A stretch of DNA of 64,000 nt, from positions 1 through 64,000 of IMG/VR virus record IMGVR_UViG_3300037420_002493; one strand, 5' to 3'. The position numbers were made by a program, and so were the translations under genes. This stretch comes from a virus (Duplodnaviria; Caudoviricetes). This document shows, piece after piece, positions 1 to 11,011 of this stretch (positions are counted from its first letter, which is position 1; each line of letters opens with the position of its first letter). The notes beneath the pieces were generated by a model, which was not told the origin of the DNA, made no database searches, and saw nothing but the letters and a program-made list of their open reading frames with translations.

Positions 1-684
1 TCATGCCGCAACCACATCTGCTGTACTTGTTCCCAGGTTCAAGGCGATTCGATAGGTTCTCGAATTGCCGGGTAGTAGCTGCAATGATCCGGTATTCTCA
101 ACTGCTTCGACATTGCCGTTCGCGAATCGGCAATAGATCGGTAAAGTTGCCGCAGAAAAGTCAATGGCAGAGCCGCCACTGGTAAGCGAAAGTTGGATGG
201 TTGTTCCCGTGTCATTCACCACATAAAGAATCCTGGGATTGCCGGAACTGAGTAATTCAGGTGGCACAACCCCTCCGACTCCTGCGGTCAGAATCACCTT
301 ATCGCCATTGCTTAAGCCTGGGTCGCTGGCGAAGCTAATCGTGTTCGCTGTGGCGTCTGCACTGTCTACCGGAACGTTCGCTGTTGCCGATGCGCCGGAT
401 AGTAGAACCACCCGATCGTAAGAGATGGTGACTCCTGTAGGAGGATTCTCTAGCAAGACATCCACTGTCGGGAATTCAGCGCGGGATTGAACCGTGTCAA
501 AGGTGGCGGTTCCCAGCGTGAGCGCTTGCCGACTGTAACTATCACTTTGAATTAGCTCCTGTTGAACGACTTCAAGCATGGTGGGGTCCGCGCCAAAAGT
601 ACTTGAATCGGTCAGAATCACATACCAAGTTTCGCCTGTGTAAGTATTCCAGAGTCTTGCCAAAGCACTGCCAGTAAATTCCAT
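1..684 (-). CDS. Putative tail/virion structural protein
   Basis: 227 aa, T/S/G-rich beta-type sequence, downstream of tail-tip gene in same operon. Confidence 0.55.
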   Translation of the reverse strand: MEFTGSALARLWNTYTGETWYVILTDSSTFGADPTMLEVVQQELIQSDSYSRQALTLGTATFDTVQSRAEFPTVDVLLENPPTGVTISYDRVVLLSGASATANVPVDSADATANTISFASDPGLSNGDKVILTAGVGGVVPPELLSSGNPRILYVVNDTGTTIQLSLTSGGSAIDFSAATLPIYCRFANGNVEAVENTGSLQLLPGNSRTYRIALNLGTSTADVVAA

Positions 685-693
685 CGCATCTCC

Positions 694-3321
694 TTAGGGG
701 TAATAAGTTCCGGTCTGTACCGTGTAGCCGCCACCTGATGGCAGCAACACCAGTGATGTATTGTCGGTCAGTCCCAATTCGGTGTAATTGCTGCCCGTTC
801 CATCGGTGACAACTTCCGACTGGTAGGAACTGGGTATCGTTGTGACCACAACCATGATTGCGCCATCTGGGAATAATGTGACCTCCCATTCAAACGGATC
901 ACTGCCACCTGGATTGGTTAAGCCCTCCCATCTCACGCGGAACCGATCGGACTCCGCCTTGACCCAAACATTAGTCCATGCCCGATCGTCAGAACGAATG
1001 TGCAGCGCCCGACCTGGATTGGTTGGATCTAGCGAAGAATACTCCTCGCTGGAAAACCCAAACGTGAGATAGCTGTTTGAGACGGCATAAATATCGCTGC
1101 GGTAGCTGCCATCGTAGAACGGGAAGTCAAACCCGATATCGGGTAGCGCAACAGAGGTATCATCTCCCTCCACATCGACTAGATGAGTCATGCCGTCGCT
1201 GCCCTGCGGCGTCGAGATTTCTGGACTGACCCCGCCAGGTTGCCCGAATCGGACTCCTGCCCGCGCTCCAAGTGGAAGATGAATCAAGTTGTCTGGGAAC
1301 GGTCGCGTAACGCTACCTCCTGCTCTAGCTCCACATCTGAGATTAACCAGTTCCGACGTAAAGGCGTAGGGTCGCGATGAAGCAGAGATACCTGCTTTGA
1401 TGCCGCAGGTTAGGGGCGCGATCGTATTTGGTGGAGTTGGAACCACCAAATCCAAGCCTGACAACGAATAGTAGGGAGGTAATGCATTTTCTGGACTATA
1501 GGATGTTCCCGCTGGTGTTGACGCCAGCCAAATGCCTTGAAAGCTCACAAGTCCTTCTGTTGGACTGTGGCTGATTTGTAGAGCGTCGGTGAGGTAGCTC
1601 AGAATTGTGCCGTCTGACTCAACGACATTCACCTGCATAAACGGTGAGCCATCGTTCAGAAACACGTCATAGAGCGGCACTTGAACGACCGAGCCTTGGG
1701 CACTGCCGATGATCTCAACGCCTCTAATTTGAGCAATTTTATTGAGCTGATCTTCAGCAACAATGCCGCCTTCGACTTGAATGGTACGCTCTCGCTCTTG
1801 GTTCGCAATCACCGTGGGAGCAAGCTGAAATTCCGCCTTGCCTTCTAATGGATATTCCTCTTCAGTGAACGGCTCGATTCGTCGCTCTGGAGCAGGAGGA
1901 TTCGCCTGACCTGACACCGAGAACAGGCGGCTCCGCTTCGATTGCAGCAGGGATAGTTGAGTGCGGACGCTTGCGGCTTCATCCTCATCGTCGCCTTGCA
2001 ACCCTGGGAATGCTTTCCCGATCGCTTGGCTCAGAGTCTCAATTTTCTTGCCAATGCGCGGATTGGTTCGTTCGTACCTCTGAATCTCAACTTCACCACT
2101 GCTCAGGGCTTGTGGGTCAGACAGCGTAATGCCTTTCACGATGCTGGCAACGGGTTCACGCAGTAATCGAACCTGCTTTTCTAGCGTGTCTTTGTCTGTG
2201 TAGAAATAATCTACTCGCGTTGTCGAAATTGCCAGTGCCAGTTTCAGCGCAGCCTGCGCGGATGTAGGTAAGCTTTCCCAATACTCGGCACACATTGCCA
2301 CAAACAAGCGGGTGAGCGTGGTTTTCAGACTCTCTAAATTGCCACCAAACCCATAGAGGTATTTTTCCTCTGTGTAGGAGTCTAAAACAATCGAGGTGCT
2401 TCGAGGGAATGCCGTCGGCGACACAATTCCCGCTGGCGCACGAACCATCTCCGTTCGACTTCTCCCCCCAGCATCGACGGTTTCAACGGTTTCGATATAC
2501 TTAGCGAGAATCACACCATCTGCGTTGGGGTCTAGCGTGGCAGCGGGTGCATACTCCTCGTCAATGGTTCGCTCTTGCCCATAGTTAGAAATGAGGCGTT
2601 TCCCAGTCCCAGCGCATTTAAGCACTTCGCAAGGGGTTTCACTGCCCTCGCTGGGTTGGTAGAGTAGTTCGTCTCTACCTTCTTGGATGGTAACGATCGG
2701 GATACCAAGCAACAGCGCAATGCTGGCAGCCCGAATTTGCCCTAAATTGTCCTGATAGAGGGAAAACAGCCCTGCATAGGCAATCTTCCCCGCTTGTTCC
2801 ACATAACTACCACCCTGCTTGGCTTGTGGGGCAGAGAGAGGGTAAAGAGGCAGCGTATCAATACAAGGTGGGCAGCCAGCCGCTTCTAGCAGGGCATTGA
2901 TAATCTCATGCCGTGGTTTTTCCTCTCCCGGTTGCACTCCAGATTGGTCATCGTCGGGCTGCTCAAAGTTCTTCAAACTCAAGATGCAGCCGAGTTCTAA
3001 AGTGAGGCTGTCTACGGGTGGCTGTGGTGCTTTGAGAATGTAGAGTTGTCCAAATCGATGCTTGACAAATGATCCGGTTGAATCGGTGCATTCGATCGTT
3101 ACTGCCTGCCCTCGATACCATCGTTCTCGCCCATCGATCGACCTCGGATTCATTGACCCTGGTGAATTGGTCACCAGCTTCAGCGTGAGTGTTCCGGTAA
3201 TGTAAATCACGCCGCTCATGCTGCGTTTGTCATAGCCTGCGTCAAACGTATCTACGGCACGGCTCCAGTCTTCCGTTCCGATGAACACTTTTAGTTTGTG
3301 AGCAGAAGCGTTAGCAGGCAT
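694..3321 (-). CDS. Putative tail-tip/baseplate hub protein with C-terminal nidogen(NIDO)-like domain
   Basis: 875 aa. C-terminal DIGFDFPFYDGSY..IYAVSNSYLTFG resembles the nidogen-like motif; tail context. Confidence 0.55.
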   Translation of the reverse strand: MPANASAHKLKVFIGTEDWSRAVDTFDAGYDKRSMSGVIYITGTLTLKLVTNSPGSMNPRSIDGRERWYRGQAVTIECTDSTGSFVKHRFGQLYILKAPQPPVDSLTLELGCILSLKNFEQPDDDQSGVQPGEEKPRHEIINALLEAAGCPPCIDTLPLYPLSAPQAKQGGSYVEQAGKIAYAGLFSLYQDNLGQIRAASIALLLGIPIVTIQEGRDELLYQPSEGSETPCEVLKCAGTGKRLISNYGQERTIDEEYAPAATLDPNADGVILAKYIETVETVDAGGRSRTEMVRAPAGIVSPTAFPRSTSIVLDSYTEEKYLYGFGGNLESLKTTLTRLFVAMCAEYWESLPTSAQAALKLALAISTTRVDYFYTDKDTLEKQVRLLREPVASIVKGITLSDPQALSSGEVEIQRYERTNPRIGKKIETLSQAIGKAFPGLQGDDEDEAASVRTQLSLLQSKRSRLFSVSGQANPPAPERRIEPFTEEEYPLEGKAEFQLAPTVIANQERERTIQVEGGIVAEDQLNKIAQIRGVEIIGSAQGSVVQVPLYDVFLNDGSPFMQVNVVESDGTILSYLTDALQISHSPTEGLVSFQGIWLASTPAGTSYSPENALPPYYSLSGLDLVVPTPPNTIAPLTCGIKAGISASSRPYAFTSELVNLRCGARAGGSVTRPFPDNLIHLPLGARAGVRFGQPGGVSPEISTPQGSDGMTHLVDVEGDDTSVALPDIGFDFPFYDGSYRSDIYAVSNSYLTFGFSSEEYSSLDPTNPGRALHIRSDDRAWTNVWVKAESDRFRVRWEGLTNPGGSDPFEWEVTLFPDGAIMVVVTTIPSSYQSEVVTDGTGSNYTELGLTDNTSLVLLPSGGGYTVQTGTYYP

Positions 3322-3372
3322 CTAGGCAGAGGGATGAAGGATGACAGGTGAAATCGGTCACGTATGACCGAT

Positions 3373-3888
3373 TTAAGGTGGAACAATATCGCTCTCTGAA
3401 AGCAGCATTTGCACTACAACGCTGTCCCCAAGTTCAGGGTAGTAGACGTTTTCCAGAATTTCTGGATACTTCACAAATACGGCATTGAACTGAGCAAAGT
3501 ACTCGACGTAGCTGCCCCCGATCGTGCTCACCGTATCGTTCGGACTCGGAGCAGTGGCGCGAGTTCTGGTTTTCTCTCGAACCGGAACAAAGGTGTCAAT
3601 GAGTAGCAGGTTTGGGTTATCAGCATCATCGGGAGTGGGATTGCCCGCACTTCTGCGGCGGCGATCGTCGTACTCCCAGAAAAGCAGCTCTAGTGTGGGG
3701 TAGTCGGACAATGCCAACAAGCCTTGAAACTCCCACAGAAAAGGCAACTCATAAGCACTGCCTTTTAGAATTGTTGCGCCTCCTGCAGATCGTTCGGGTG
3801 CGGCAAATTCTGCCCGGATTCGTGGAACTTTTGCATCCATGAAAGCGGGAAAAGCAACGGATAGTGTCCCGATCGAAATCGTAATCAT
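3373..3888 (-). CDS. Putative distal tail (Dit-like) protein
   Basis: 171 aa, first gene of minus-strand tail-tip block, size/position typical of Dit. Confidence 0.45.
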   Translation of the reverse strand: MITISIGTLSVAFPAFMDAKVPRIRAEFAAPERSAGGATILKGSAYELPFLWEFQGLLALSDYPTLELLFWEYDDRRRRSAGNPTPDDADNPNLLLIDTFVPVREKTRTRATAPSPNDTVSTIGGSYVEYFAQFNAVFVKYPEILENVYYPELGDSVVVQMLLSESDIVPP

Positions 3889-4117
3889 GCAACGGTGGGA
3901 ACTTCTTTGTTATTGTGCCTGCAAATCCTTGATTTGAGCCTGTATCGACCAATTTCAATCTTCACGATCGTTGCCGTGGATAACGATATCCACAATCTTT
4001 GCTGTCAACTCGATTTGAGTTTTCAGACTTGTTGTAACAGCCTCACCAAATCGGTCACGTCTGACCGATTTCAATTGAGGTAAACCATAATGGGGTGAAC
4101 TAATCACCTTACGCTTT

Positions 4118-7100
4118 ATGACCGTTCGCATTCCCCTTGAATTTGGCTCTTCTGGTACAGGCAAAACAGTTCAGGAGATTCTCGCAATTCGAGATGCGAT
4201 TAAACGGACATCTAATGAGCGGAGTGGATTTATTCAGCTCTCCGAGGCACTCGGAACCACATACAAAGAAGCAAAGCAGGTAGCCAAGGAATTGGGGGCG
4301 AGCGGAGCACTCATTACTCAGGCTGCGGATGCACTGAAACGATTAGATGCAGCTGGAGCGAACGCCACAACAAAGCTAAATGTTTTACAGCAACGCTTTG
4401 GATTAAGCGCAAAACAAGCCGAAAAGTTTAGTGCCACGATCGAGCAGTATCAAAAGTCTGCGGCTGAATCGACAGAGCAAACCTCAGCGTTTGGCGGTGG
4501 AGTTGCGGAACTGGCATTCAAATTCAACAACGTCATTCAAGCGATTGGAGCATTGGTAGCAGCCGCGAAACCTGCCTATGATTTCTTGATTGGTAGCAAT
4601 GAGAGGCTGAATGCTCAGATCTTAAAAAGTCAGACGAACCTTGCTTCTGCTACTCGCCTGTCTCAAGGGGGGCAGGAAATTACCGACCCTACCGCGAAGA
4701 TTCAAGCTACGCGCTCTCAAATCGAATCTGCGCTAAGGCAGATTGAGAAGGATACCGAAAATCTTGTTGGTGTCACATCTGAACAGGTTAATTCATTTTT
4801 TGACGCCACTCTGACAAACGCGACTCAATTAATTGGTCAGTCGAAGCAATTTGCTGATCCCATTCAATCTGCGACTGCATTGACTAAAGGGTTTGCAGCC
4901 GCTTTTAAGGTAGCTGGTCTGTCGGCAGATCAAGTGTCATCTGAAATTCGCTCAATTTTGACAGGTCAAGAGCTGGAAAACTCCACGATCGCGAAGTCGC
5001 TACAGCTATCTAAAACTCAAATCGATCAATTCAAACAGCAGGGTACTCTGGTTGACCAGTTAAACCAGCGACTTGAGACGTTTGTAGCAGGTAATGCGAT
5101 CGCAGCAAAAACGATTGAGGGAGCTGGCTCTAACATCGTAGACTTTTTGCAGCGGTTAGGTCGGGTGGCTGGCGAACCATTGCTGCAACCCATTACAGAT
5201 GCACTCACCGATCTCTTTGCATTTCTGAAGAAAAATGAAGCTGCAATTTTTGCATTCTTTAAAGGCTTCGTTGAAGGCGGAGTTGCAACCGCTAGGCAGG
5301 TTTCAGCGACCCTAAAGCCTGCCCTTGAAGGATTGCTTGAGTTTGTTCAAAAGGGTGCGCCGCTAGTTCAAAATCTATTCACCCTCTTTAGTACTGGAGT
5401 CATTACCACGGCTGACGCCATCGCTAATAGTCCGATCCTGCAACTCTTGGGACAAATTATTATCACCGCAACTGACGGACTAAGCAAGCTCAGCGAACTA
5501 GTTCTGCTGCGGCAGATTAACGATGGCGTAGATGCGCTTGAAGCTCTGAATCAACAATCCCAACGACTGACGGACGAAACCTCAAAAACAGTTCTCACCC
5601 TAAAACAACTGAACGACCAACGCTCCAAGGGTATTCCACTGACAGAAGAGCAGCAGTTGCAGGAGAAGGCGTTGCAGCAGAATGCAAAAAATCTTGTTCC
5701 CGCGATCGACGGAATGATTGAATCATATAAACAACTGAAGGCGATCGCTCCTGAAACTGCAAAAGGTCGAGAAGCAGAAATTGCGAATTTGGAGAAACTG
5801 AAGGAGTCTTTGCAGGGGGCAAACGGAGCGCTCACCATTCAAGGCAAAGAAGCTCAGAATCTAGGCGATTCCTATACTCAGTTGAAAAACAAGACGGAAG
5901 CTGCCCAGCGAATTATTAACGCTGGGCTAGAGACGCCTGAACTTCAACAAGCTTTTAAGGATCGATTGGAGACAACTCAAGAACTTGTTGAATTGGGAAA
6001 AATCACCTCTCAAGAGGCGGCTCGTCGTCTCGAAGAAATTCAGAATAATGCGAAGGCTGATGTCGATACTCAACTGAAGGCAAAGCAAGATGCTGTCAAA
6101 ATTAAAAAGGATCAGGTCGATGCCGAAATCGCTCTAATTCAGGCTGGTCAAGCTGAAATCGAAGCATCACAGGCAGCGGGGCGAATCGGAGAGGCAGAAG
6201 CCGATAAGGAACTCACTGATTCTAAAGCCGAAGAAATTCAGAAACGGATTGAGGCGAATAAAGCGGCACTCGAAACAGCATCGGGACCGGAACGAGAAAA
6301 ATTACTGGCTGAAGAACGGAAACTGCAATCGGAACTTGAAAAGGTGCGCGAAGAGTTCCGTAAACGTGAGAACAAACGTCGATTAGAAGATTTCGACGAA
6401 CAGCGCAAAGTTTTAGAAGGTCAATTCGCGCGCGGTGCCACCGATCGGGCAACGTACAATCAGCAACTCACCCAGATTGACCAGCAACAATCCGCTGAGG
6501 AATTGCGCCAATTGGGTGAGGACTTACAGCGACTAGAATCGACCGACAAAGAGGGTCGGGAGGCTATCAACGCCAAGATAGGTGAGGCTTACAAGAAACG
6601 GTCTGAACTGGCAAAACAAGCCTTCGATCGGGAAGTGAAACTCCTAGATGACGCTCTAGCAAAATCCAATGATCTGATTAAGCTGGCTGAAACCGAGTTT
6701 CAAACCGATGTGCAGGCACTGCAAAATATTGGAGCTATTTCGACGGAAGAAGCTGACAAGCGACGACTTGATTCGACGCTTAACCGCATTTCTAAAGAGT
6801 TTGATGCGGAACAAGAAAAATACGATGCATTAGCGGCGCTGCCCTCGTTGGATGACCCGCTTGCACAAGAAGAGCAGCAAAAAGTTCTGCGTGCTCAGCA
6901 ACAAAAACTAGCCGATTTACGCTTACAGAATTTGCAGGTCATCGAGCAGCGTGAGCAGAAGTTGCGTGACATCGCTATTAAGGGTATTCAGCAACAAACG
7001 GCACTTGAGAAAGCCCGAATCGACTCCACGATCGGACTGCTTGCAAAACGCAAATCAGTAGAAGATGCAGTCGCTCGCTCTATTGACCGACAAGGAAAAT

Positions 7101-8212
7101 TGCAACAGTCATCAGCAAACCTACAAAAAGCGCTATCTGGGTCTAGAGAAGGGGCAATTTCTTCGGAATTATCTGGGATTGAAAAAGCCATTGAATTGCG
7201 TCGTCAGCTTGAACAGGAAACTGATCCAATCAAAAAACGGGCATTGAGAGAAGCGTTAAGCAAATTAGGTATTAATCAAAGCACAACCGAACTAGAGCTG
7301 GTTCGACAGAAACAGGACGCCGAGAATCGTCTTGCGCAACAAAAGCGGGCTGCACTGTTGGCAGAGCAGGCACGAACTCGACTATCACTTGATTTAGATT
7401 TAAAGAGAGAAGCGAGTGCCGCTAGGCGAGCGGTGACCGAAGCGAAAATTGCCGAAGATAAAGCTAGACAAGCGGTGATAGAAGCACGAGCTTCGCTGTC
7501 ACAAGCAAATCTGATTAAAGATCCAAAAGAGCGAGAAATTGCGATCTCAAACGCCCAAAATCAGCTCAATGAGGCAACTCAAGGAATCAGCGAAGCAACT
7601 GCAACACGCAAAGATGCTGAGCAAAGTTTAGAAGACCAGAAATCGATCGCCGCTGAATCTCGTGAAACTCTCGCAATTCAGCAGCAGACAGAACTCAGTG
7701 CATTTAATACCGCTGAAAATTTTCGTCAAATAGACCAAGCTTTAGAACTGGCAAACGCAAAAGCAGCGGAGTTTCAGCAATCACTTCAAGGGGCAGCCAA
7801 TGCTGCAAGATCTTTTGGTGGATTAGGTGCTCCTACCCCACGACGATCGGGTGGACCCGTTGAGGCAGGTCAACCCTACTTGGTGGGAGAGGAAGGACCG
7901 GAGTTAATTCTCCCCAGCCGGAACGGCTTCGTCATGACTGCAAATCAAACCGCTGCCATGTTGGGTGGTGTAGCAATGCCAGCGTTGCAAGCGGGTCAAG
8001 CGGTAATGTCGAATCGAATTGGAGGCATGGGAGGAGCGCAAGACGCCGCCCTGCTTGAGGAAGTGCAAAATCTCAACCAATCCCTGAAGGAAGTTGCAGA
8101 GCAGGCAGCTTACCCGCGAACCGTAGTGATTCCCAGCGAAGCGCCGATTTCCAGTGCTGCTCAGATTTGGTCTGATATATCGAAGTATCGAGTCAGACGA
8201 AGCGGTAAATGA
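4118..8212 (+). CDS. Tail tape measure protein
   Basis: 1364 aa, A/Q/E/K-rich helical; C-terminal RRSGGPV..GQPYLVGEEGPELILP motif typical of tape measures. Confidence 0.9.
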   Translation: MTVRIPLEFGSSGTGKTVQEILAIRDAIKRTSNERSGFIQLSEALGTTYKEAKQVAKELGASGALITQAADALKRLDAAGANATTKLNVLQQRFGLSAKQAEKFSATIEQYQKSAAESTEQTSAFGGGVAELAFKFNNVIQAIGALVAAAKPAYDFLIGSNERLNAQILKSQTNLASATRLSQGGQEITDPTAKIQATRSQIESALRQIEKDTENLVGVTSEQVNSFFDATLTNATQLIGQSKQFADPIQSATALTKGFAAAFKVAGLSADQVSSEIRSILTGQELENSTIAKSLQLSKTQIDQFKQQGTLVDQLNQRLETFVAGNAIAAKTIEGAGSNIVDFLQRLGRVAGEPLLQPITDALTDLFAFLKKNEAAIFAFFKGFVEGGVATARQVSATLKPALEGLLEFVQKGAPLVQNLFTLFSTGVITTADAIANSPILQLLGQIIITATDGLSKLSELVLLRQINDGVDALEALNQQSQRLTDETSKTVLTLKQLNDQRSKGIPLTEEQQLQEKALQQNAKNLVPAIDGMIESYKQLKAIAPETAKGREAEIANLEKLKESLQGANGALTIQGKEAQNLGDSYTQLKNKTEAAQRIINAGLETPELQQAFKDRLETTQELVELGKITSQEAARRLEEIQNNAKADVDTQLKAKQDAVKIKKDQVDAEIALIQAGQAEIEASQAAGRIGEAEADKELTDSKAEEIQKRIEANKAALETASGPEREKLLAEERKLQSELEKVREEFRKRENKRRLEDFDEQRKVLEGQFARGATDRATYNQQLTQIDQQQSAEELRQLGEDLQRLESTDKEGREAINAKIGEAYKKRSELAKQAFDREVKLLDDALAKSNDLIKLAETEFQTDVQALQNIGAISTEEADKRRLDSTLNRISKEFDAEQEKYDALAALPSLDDPLAQEEQQKVLRAQQQKLADLRLQNLQVIEQREQKLRDIAIKGIQQQTALEKARIDSTIGLLAKRKSVEDAVARSIDRQGKLQQSSANLQKALSGSREGAISSELSGIEKAIELRRQLEQETDPIKKRALREALSKLGINQSTTELELVRQKQDAENRLAQQKRAALLAEQARTRLSLDLDLKREASAARRAVTEAKIAEDKARQAVIEARASLSQANLIKDPKEREIAISNAQNQLNEATQGISEATATRKDAEQSLEDQKSIAAESRETLAIQQQTELSAFNTAENFRQIDQALELANAKAAEFQQSLQGAANAARSFGGLGAPTPRRSGGPVEAGQPYLVGEEGPELILPSRNGFVMTANQTAAMLGGVAMPALQAGQAVMSNRIGGMGGAQDAALLEEVQNLNQSLKEVAEQAAYPRTVVIPSEAPISSAAQIWSDISKYRVRRSGK

Positions 8213-8309
8213 AATCGGTCACGTCTGACCGATTGTTTACGATCGTCAAAAAGTTGAGCAGTTAACGAGTGACGGGAATATTGAGAAAAGAGTTTTCTAG
8301 CCACACGAA

Positions 8310-8714
8310 ATGAGCCAACCAAAGAACCCTTTTACCGATCCGAAGTTTTGGAAAATTTCAGGACCGATCGCGGTGGGTGTACTTTTTTTGATGATCTTCT
8401 CAGAACTGACGATGCCTAAACCCAAGGCAGCGGCAAAACCGCAGCAGACAGAGGTTGCAGCAAAAGCTGAATGCAAGTCTGCTGGCGGTAGGATGTATAC
8501 GGGTGTTCGCTTGTACCTCGATCCAGGCTGCTCAAAACCGTTTGCCAAAATCCTGGGAGGAGGAAAGCGGGAAGATGGCGCAAAAATGGTAAAAATCGAG
8601 TTTGACGCTGGTGCGATTGAGTGGAAGACTCGTGATGCTGTGAGAGATCAGGCGTATGTTCAATCTAACGATCCAGCGATAGAAGCAGGACTATGGCAGG
8701 AGTTTAGTAACTAG
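8310..8714 (+). CDS. Membrane-anchored hypothetical protein (moron-like)
   Basis: 134 aa, one N-terminal hydrophobic helix, flanked by palindromes at 8212 and 8727. Confidence 0.65.
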   Translation: MSQPKNPFTDPKFWKISGPIAVGVLFLMIFSELTMPKPKAAAKPQQTEVAAKAECKSAGGRMYTGVRLYLDPGCSKPFAKILGGGKREDGAKMVKIEFDAGAIEWKTRDAVRDQAYVQSNDPAIEAGLWQEFSN

Positions 8715-8838
8715 CCTTTGTCCCTGAAATCGGTCACGTCTGACCGATTTGCGAAAGTATGACACCTCCGTAGAATTGCTCACGGTCGAAACTGTGAAAC
8801 TCTTGCTATTATTCAGTTTCACGCATTACTTTGAACTG

Positions 8839-9420
8839 ATGCCGGGGTTAAACGACAAACAGCAGAAATTTTGTGAAGAGTACCTGATTGACCTGAATGC
8901 AACACAGGCAGCAATTCGGGCTGGATATAGCTCTAAAACAGCTCGCTCTATCGGGCAACGATTGTTGACAAATGTTGACATTCAGGCTCGAATCCAAGAA
9001 CTTCAGTTAAAGCGCTCCGATCGTACGAGCATCAAAGCAGATCGGGTTCTTCAAGAGTTAGCTCGCGTTGCATTTGCTGATGTCACAGATGTCATTCGCT
9101 TTGACGACGGAGGCATTATGTTTAATGACTCCAGTGCATTAGATAAAGATGTGACAGCGGCGATCGCATCGATTAGCCACCAAAAGACGGATAAAGGCAC
9201 TACCCGATCGGTGCGAATGCACAACAAAGTGGGGGCGTTACTAAAGCTGGTTGACCATCTTGGCTTGGCTGACGATGAAAACAAAGCCCTTTCTACGTTA
9301 CGGCGCTATGGTTACAAGGTCGAACGAACTGAAACAGGCTACCTCTTGACGGATAGTTACTTAAACGATGCTGACTCTGGAGAAACCGAAACGTCATCGG
9401 CTGAGAGCGACGAACCATAA
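8839..9420 (+). CDS. terS: Terminase small subunit
   Basis: LNDKQQKFCEEYLIDLNATQAAIRAGYS motif; ATG at 8839 preferred over the longer ORF call. Confidence 0.92.
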   Translation: MPGLNDKQQKFCEEYLIDLNATQAAIRAGYSSKTARSIGQRLLTNVDIQARIQELQLKRSDRTSIKADRVLQELARVAFADVTDVIRFDDGGIMFNDSSALDKDVTAAIASISHQKTDKGTTRSVRMHNKVGALLKLVDHLGLADDENKALSTLRRYGYKVERTETGYLLTDSYLNDADSGETETSSAESDEP

Positions 9421-10951
9421 AGCTTCTATTCCGAAAGAGAAGCAGATTACAGGTAAGTCGCCCATCCTGGAAATCTTGGAGCAGAAACAGGCGCAAAATC
9501 TAGCGATCGGAGTTGTCACATCCCTGTGGGCACTGTTTGCGCCGATGTTGAGCATCCAGACATCGGGAACAGTCAAGCCGTTTGAACCCTACGACTATCA
9601 GATAGACCTGATTCAAACGATCGAGGAAAACACCAATATTGCCTGCGTCAAAAGTCGGCAGATGGGAGTGAGCGAGTGCGCCTGCTCCTACCTTCTGATG
9701 CGGGCACTGACCGAACCGGGTTTCTCTGCCGTCGTGTTCTCAAAAACGCAGGAAGACAGTTCAGAATTGGGAAGACGTATCAGGGATTCTGCCCTTTCAC
9801 TCGGTTCGTTGTGCCCTGAACTTGCCAGCGAGAGTGCCAAGAAACTCGCGTTTAAGGGACTTGGAAAGATTTACTTTTTACCTGTGACAGCTCGTGCAGC
9901 ACGAGGCATTCCCTCTGTTTCGGTAGTGCTGTTTGATGAGGCAGCATTCATCGACGGCATTGACGGAGTGTATCAGGCTGCAATGCCTACGCTGTCAATG
10001 CTTGGGGATAAAGGCAAGGTTATTTTCCTTTCAACTCCCAACGGTCGATCGGGCTTGTTCTACCGATTATTAGTGGCTGGTGTTGGTGAAGCGCAACGTG
10101 TGACAACCTCACTTCAAGAAGTACGTCAGGCTGCCAATGATATCAAGCCGTTTGAGCGCAAAGATAAGCACACCCGATCGTGGGTGTGTCGTAAATGGGC
10201 AAAAGTATTCCTGCACTGGCGGGTTCACCCCATCTACGGACACGATCCGAATTGGGCGGAGAAAACACGGGAAGAACGGCAGCTCACCCAAGCTCAGTGG
10301 GATCAGGAATACGAACTAGACTTTGGGGTTAGCGGTCGGTTTGTCTTTGACCTAGAGAAGATTGAGCAACTGTCGATCGGGGCATGGCAAGCCCCTCAAT
10401 TTGCTCATCGCTATCTTGCAGGCATCGACCCCAGTTTCGGTGGGGAAGACTTTTTCACGGTGCGGATTTGGGACATTACAAAACTGCCCTATCAGCTCGT
10501 GGCGGAGTTTCGACAGAACTTTAAATCTAAGGACTACTACGTCGAGCAGACCCTAACTCTGTTAGACCGTTACAAACCAGTGCTGACTGGAATTGAGACA
10601 AATTCCGGTGGAGCACTTTATTTCCAAGACTTGATTAAGCAGCGACCCAGGATGACGATCGCGGGTCTGAATATGAGCGGTACGAGTAAGCCTGTTCATA
10701 CCGATCGTTTGGTGCTAATGGCAGAACGCTCTGAACTGAACTTCCCACCGGATGCAGCCACAGAGTATTTACACTTTGTGGAGCACATTAGCAAATCTCG
10801 TACTCGCAAGGCAGAAGCCGGATATCACGACGATACGGTGATGGCAGATGCGGTAGCGTTTGCGTTTATTGACGAGGTTCCACCTGTCCGATCGTACACA
10901 TCCTCATCTAGTGGAAACAGAGAAGTGCATTCGTCGGCAAGTGTCATTTGA
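9368..10951 (+). CDS. terL: Terminase large subunit
   Basis: KSRQMGVS (Walker A-like), VVLFDEAAF (Walker B), STPNG, LAGIDPSFGG and HDDTVMA nuclease motifs. Confidence 0.95.
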   Translation: MLTLEKPKRHRLRATNHKASIPKEKQITGKSPILEILEQKQAQNLAIGVVTSLWALFAPMLSIQTSGTVKPFEPYDYQIDLIQTIEENTNIACVKSRQMGVSECACSYLLMRALTEPGFSAVVFSKTQEDSSELGRRIRDSALSLGSLCPELASESAKKLAFKGLGKIYFLPVTARAARGIPSVSVVLFDEAAFIDGIDGVYQAAMPTLSMLGDKGKVIFLSTPNGRSGLFYRLLVAGVGEAQRVTTSLQEVRQAANDIKPFERKDKHTRSWVCRKWAKVFLHWRVHPIYGHDPNWAEKTREERQLTQAQWDQEYELDFGVSGRFVFDLEKIEQLSIGAWQAPQFAHRYLAGIDPSFGGEDFFTVRIWDITKLPYQLVAEFRQNFKSKDYYVEQTLTLLDRYKPVLTGIETNSGGALYFQDLIKQRPRMTIAGLNMSGTSKPVHTDRLVLMAERSELNFPPDAATEYLHFVEHISKSRTRKAEAGYHDDTVMADAVAFAFIDEVPPVRSYTSSSSGNREVHSSASVI

Positions 10952-11011
10952 AATCGGTCACGTATGACCGATTTGATAGGGCGCGGTTCACCTCCACCGC
11001 AAGGCTTGGAA

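Noticed and set aside
8749-8838. N-terminal extension of terS in the ORF track
   Set aside because: Starts at a TTG within the palindrome edge; the conserved motif begins at ATG 8839.
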